DNA of 64,000 nt from Octopus vulgaris (Eukaryota), in assembly GCA_951406725.2 (NCBI GenBank), contig OX597832.1:16740001-16804000 (forward strand), in the 5' to 3' direction. The position numbers and the translations under genes were made by a program. Below the pieces are notes generated by a model. The model was not told where the DNA came from, ran no database searches, and saw nothing but the letters and a program-made list of their open reading frames with translations. Positions 59,530 to 64,000 of this stretch are shown here, piece by piece; the stretch's first letter is position 1; each line of letters opens with the position of its first letter.

Positions 59530-60750
59530 ATTTATATCTATTGTCTCTGGTCGTTTTTCGTTAATAAATTCAATTTTTTTTCATTCTGGTGAGTTGTTAT
59601 AGAGCAATCAGTTCTGGTTTATATTTCTTTTATATTATACAAGGCAATTATATTTGACTTGTATAATTGGAATTGGGCCAAAACGATTCTAGTGCATTGA
59701 TAAAGAAGGCAATTCTTTTATGTTTATCCTCCTTGCACTTTCTATTTCGTATTAAACTGACCGGCTATTATTTTTCTAGTAATATAACTTTAAGTTCTTG
59801 GAATCGATTTCCACGGGTGTCGGATGTCAGGAAAGAAATAGTAGGTATTATCTTAAGGTTTTTAGTTTGAATTACATGTAGGTTTCAACGTTAGTATCTC
59901 TTTCTATGATTTGAATGTCTACAAAGGTCAGATATTTTTTACTGTTCTCCATTTCAAATTGGATATTATGGTTTAAGTTGTTAATTATAATTTTTAAATC
60001 CCAAGGGTTGTTCAAGATCAACATCATATTGCCGTCCAGGTAGCGTTTCCATTTGGCGAGTAAGTATCGCCAAATTTTAGTCTGGCGTATCCGTGGCCAC
60101 AGAGTTCTAGTTATGCCATAGCAAGGTGGGAGCTAAACTTGTCCACATCAGAGTGCACAATATTTTCAGTATGTGTCCTGATTGAAGATGCAAAAGTTAT
60201 TTTGTAAAATGAATTTTAAATCTTCAATGATAAATCCTCATCGTATTCTGTCGAGAATGTCATTTGAGAATTTTTCCGGCCAGAATTATATAGCTACTAT
60301 TCTGTATATGTGTGGAATGAAGATATAGAGAAGAATTACATCGAATGAGACAAAAAGATAGTCCATGCTACTTTTCCTCGGAAGATGGTTTGAAAAGTGC
60401 CTCATCCCTTTTGGAACTCGGTATATGTCGAAGAATGGGTTTGGGAATAACGTCAATGAATTTACGCAATCTCTGTGACTCACAGAGCTGAGCTGCCACA
60501 CTTGTTTTCATTTTGAGATCTCTAAGTTGTTACAGGCTTCATTTTTGGATTTACTCTTGTAGATTTGGAATGTCCGTAAAAGATTCCTGGTTTCGTAGTG
60601 AAATATTTTAAAGTAATATCATACCTTGCCCGTTAAATCATTTAGCATATGTTGGAAGAGTCTGGTTTGAAAAGTAAATCTCATTACTCGTGCTTTGGGT
60701 GACGTGAGCAACTGGTGTTTGAGAAAATGTAAGTAGGTAGTTTACAACAG
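59530..60750 (-). mobile_element. Penelope-like element RT remnant
   Basis: Minus-strand peptides YLFVSFDVILLYIFIPH and LAKWKRYLDG, similar to the 56330-57402 element. Confidence 0.7.
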
Positions 60751-60884
60751 TTTGGTTTTAGTACCACAATGATCATCAATTGATTGGTGAATATAACGTT
60801 AACATAGATGAATACATACTCAAAGCGATGACTGACTTGTCTTCAGACGTGTAATTCGAAGTAGAAACGCTGTAACTAATCTTT

Positions 60885-61082
60885 TCGATTATAGGCAAGA
60901 AGCCTGGAATTTTTCGAGGAGTTGTGCTCGACTATATCTTCTAAAGTGCTCAAGAGATTCGAAACCAAAACGATGGAAGACAAAGTATTCTTCAGTGATA
61001 TTTGAACTCAGAACGTAAAGACAGACGGTATGTCGCTAAATATTTTGCCCGGTGTGCAGGCGATTCTTCTAGCTTGCTGTCT
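60885..61082 (-). mobile_element. Decayed SINE family C
   Basis: 'tttgaactcagaacgtaaagacagacg...ttgcccggtgtgc' matches the family C head. Confidence 0.65.
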
Positions 61083-61605
61083 TAGAAATGCAATAAATAA
61101 TAGCGAGTAAATATTGGGTTAATAAACAAAAAAGACCACTGATATTTTATTTTTACTTGTCTAGAAGTAGTAACGAGAGATTTATTCCGAACATTAATAT
61201 ATAATATCAACTTTATAATCTTTACTGACTTTTTGTTTATAATTAATATTTGAGATTACATTTTCGCTTAGTTTTTTTTAAAACCTTTGCAGATTTTGAT
61301 CAATAAGTTTCAATATATGAATATTTAAAGCAGCAATATTGCTGAGGGACACAGCACAAAGAAAAACTGCCAAGATGATGAAAGTTAATTAATATAGCAA
61401 TAAACAATTTTTTTTCCACTTGTCATTTCTCATTGCTTTGGGTTTTGTATTAACCTGCATGGTTAGAAATATTTAACATTGCCTGTTTCAATTTGTTGTC
61501 GAATACAATCTGTATAGGACAACATTCATTGTTTACTTCACAAAATTGTTCATATTCTTTGCTGTTCAAATTTTCATTCTTGTATATATATATAAGACGC
61601 ATGCA

Positions 61606-61666
<61 letters not shown>

Positions 61667-61887
61667 GGATGAATGAATTATCGTTTGTTTAAAGTTAACA
61701 CGGAAAATTCAATAAACATTTCCCAGGGTAGCAAAACTCACGCAAGTAACAAGGAAGTAGGGACCTATTCAAAGGTAGAAACTCTTGGTTAATGTGCAGT
61801 AATTTGTATAGTATAAATAAACAAATGGAGTTGAACGCAGATGTTATTCTGTGTTCAAATCCATTTATTTAGCTATACTATACACAC

Positions 61888-61966
<79 letters not shown>

Positions 61967-62148
61967 ATATGGACAGCAGTGAGCAATGTGTTACCAAAAA
62001 GGAAAATTAAAATTGTCACTAAACATGTGTAGGATGTTAGAACACCTACTTTGCCAGAAATAGGAGTTAAAAAACACCAATGCTGTAGATAAAGGACATA
62101 ATTGTATACATATGTACTTACAGGGAGTATAATCGCACTAAGCACCGA

Positions 62149-62222
62149 TCGAGTATTCCCAATACTGAACGATCAGTTTCGGCTAATTCCGCTGCCACAT
62201 CAGTAGGGACCGCTCTACTCGG
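62149..62222 (-). ncRNA. Type I hammerhead ribozyme with extended stem I and one core substitution (A9U)
   Basis: Reverse complement is CGAGTA-gagcgg-TCCCTA-CTGATGT-GGC-agcggaatta-GCC-GAAACTGA-tcgt-TCAGTA-TTGGGA-a-TACTCG. Confidence 0.75.
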
Positions 62223-62606
62223 CTTTTTCCGGAGTTGCTATTCTGTCAGTACAGCTGTATTCAGCATGAAAATCTGTATGATTTAGCGAATCACTAATGT
62301 GTATACAAAACATTAATATAGACAACAGTGTGCAATATATACATTTCAGTATTACTGCTTCATCTATCTGTAAACGGATCCAATTACTACCAGGTAGTCT
62401 ACGTATGTACGTTAATGTAAGGTAGAGTACGTACACGCTGTTATACTTCTGTATCAGCATTGAACAGCAAGATACACTAATTCGATTTGTGTATGTGTAT
62501 GTATATACTTGTGTGCATCTATAGTATTTTGAGTTTACGAGTATTTCAACATATATATGTATATATACCTATATATATCTTTAGTTCTCTCTCTCTCTCT
62601 CTCTCC

Positions 62607-62741
<135 letters not shown>

Positions 62742-62745
62742 TTAC

Positions 62746-63493
62746 ATTAAAGGGTTAATTGCAACAAGTTGCTCAAAACCACGTACCGAAAATATTAGAA
62801 ATAGCAGCCAAATAGATCACTATATCTACTACTAGTAAAACAGTCTCCACAAACCAACAGAATTTGTAACCCGTATATGGTAAAGAGAAAGAAGACAACG
62901 AAATCGCAGCCCATTGGATTAATTATAGACGAATCCGTTTCTGGATTAGAACCGAAAGTCTATTTCCTTGTCAATATAATATTTCCTCTAAATCTAGAAA
63001 TGCTAGGAAAAAAAACTCACCCATTACACCAACTCGATCAGGCGACATCGAACGATATAACGGTCCGCTAGCATCTCTACATTTATATAGACAGGCGAAT
63101 TCGTATCTCCCTCCAAAATTACCACGTGAGTTACAAAAACATTACCAACGAAACGAAGTTTCGCAGATTCATTTTATGGGAGTAAAGAGTATCCAATACA
63201 CATAAAGGGTGAAATATAATTAATTTAATAACATTAATAAATTTCACCTAGTAGTTTTTTTCGGTATGGAAATGACCATATTTGGTAAGAATTATATTAA
63301 TTATAATAAAGGGTTAATTGCAACAAGTTGCTCAAAACCACATAGCGAAAATATTAGAAATAGCAGCCAAATAGATCACTATTTCTACTACTAGTAAAAA
63401 TGTCTGCACAAACAAACAGAATTTGTAACCCGTATGTGGTAAAGAAAATGAAGACTACGAAATCCCAGCCTATTGGATTAATTATAGACGAAT
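62746..63493 (-). mobile_element. Partial tandem (559-bp unit, ~188-bp direct repeat) containing a variant HHR, retrozyme- or pLTR-like
   Basis: 62746-62934 is repeated at 63306-63493. HHR-like motif at 62922-62980. Flanked by TA-rich tracts. Confidence 0.7.
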
Positions 63494-64000
63494 ATAGATA
63501 TATACACATACATATATCGTATATATACATACTCCTATATTTGCCCATATATATATATATATATATATATATACAAATCGATAAATATTCGAAAGTAATT
63601 ATATAGATAATGTTATGAATTAGTAACATTGATAATAACAACAATAATATAGGTTGCTATCAAGCAAAAGCTAATAAATGGCAAATCCAAAATTTTATAA
63701 TTAATGTATAATAGGATACATGCGGTGTCAGTACCATCTCGGCAAAAAATCCGTAGAATTAGGAAATGCATGGACCAGGATTAATTGATTTAAAACTTTG
63801 AGTTTGCCTCCCATAGTTCTCATCAGCAGATCTCACTATACGCCTAGAGTTAAAATCTTTACTCCAGTCCTTGTGCTTGGTAGCCGTTAGAAATCTAGCG
63901 CCAAATTAATAACGGTGTCAGTGTATAAAATTACTAAATGAATAAATATTCGAAAATGTTTATATTGATAAAAGTGTTAACTATTATCACTAGTAAAATG

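Overview
This is eukaryotic, AT-rich, microsatellite-saturated non-coding DNA. The repeat landscape resembles an octopod cephalopod genome (inference, not verified). I recognise no intact protein-coding gene, and almost all ORFs in the track are artefacts of (TA)n, (CA)n, (GATA)n or (AAT)n repeats or of SINEs. The window holds at least five tRNA-derived SINE families. It also has decayed Penelope-like (PLE), R4/Dong-like, Tx1-like, Tc1/mariner and Helitron remnants, a non-autonomous Helitron and a Tigger-like MITE. The main signal is a high density of type I hammerhead ribozyme (HHR) motifs from several unrelated small elements. The clearest are at about 9336 (+), 47728 (+), 57569 (-), 62149 (-) and 62922 (-), and there are further decayed copies. 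Most have palindromic stem III sequences and lie next to (TA)n tracts. One tRNA-headed SINE carries a minimal HHR in its body (36221-36618, 59198-59522). Together these suggest a retrozyme or PLE-dependent system of self-cleaving RNAs. All folds were paired by eye, and repeat boundaries are approximate.
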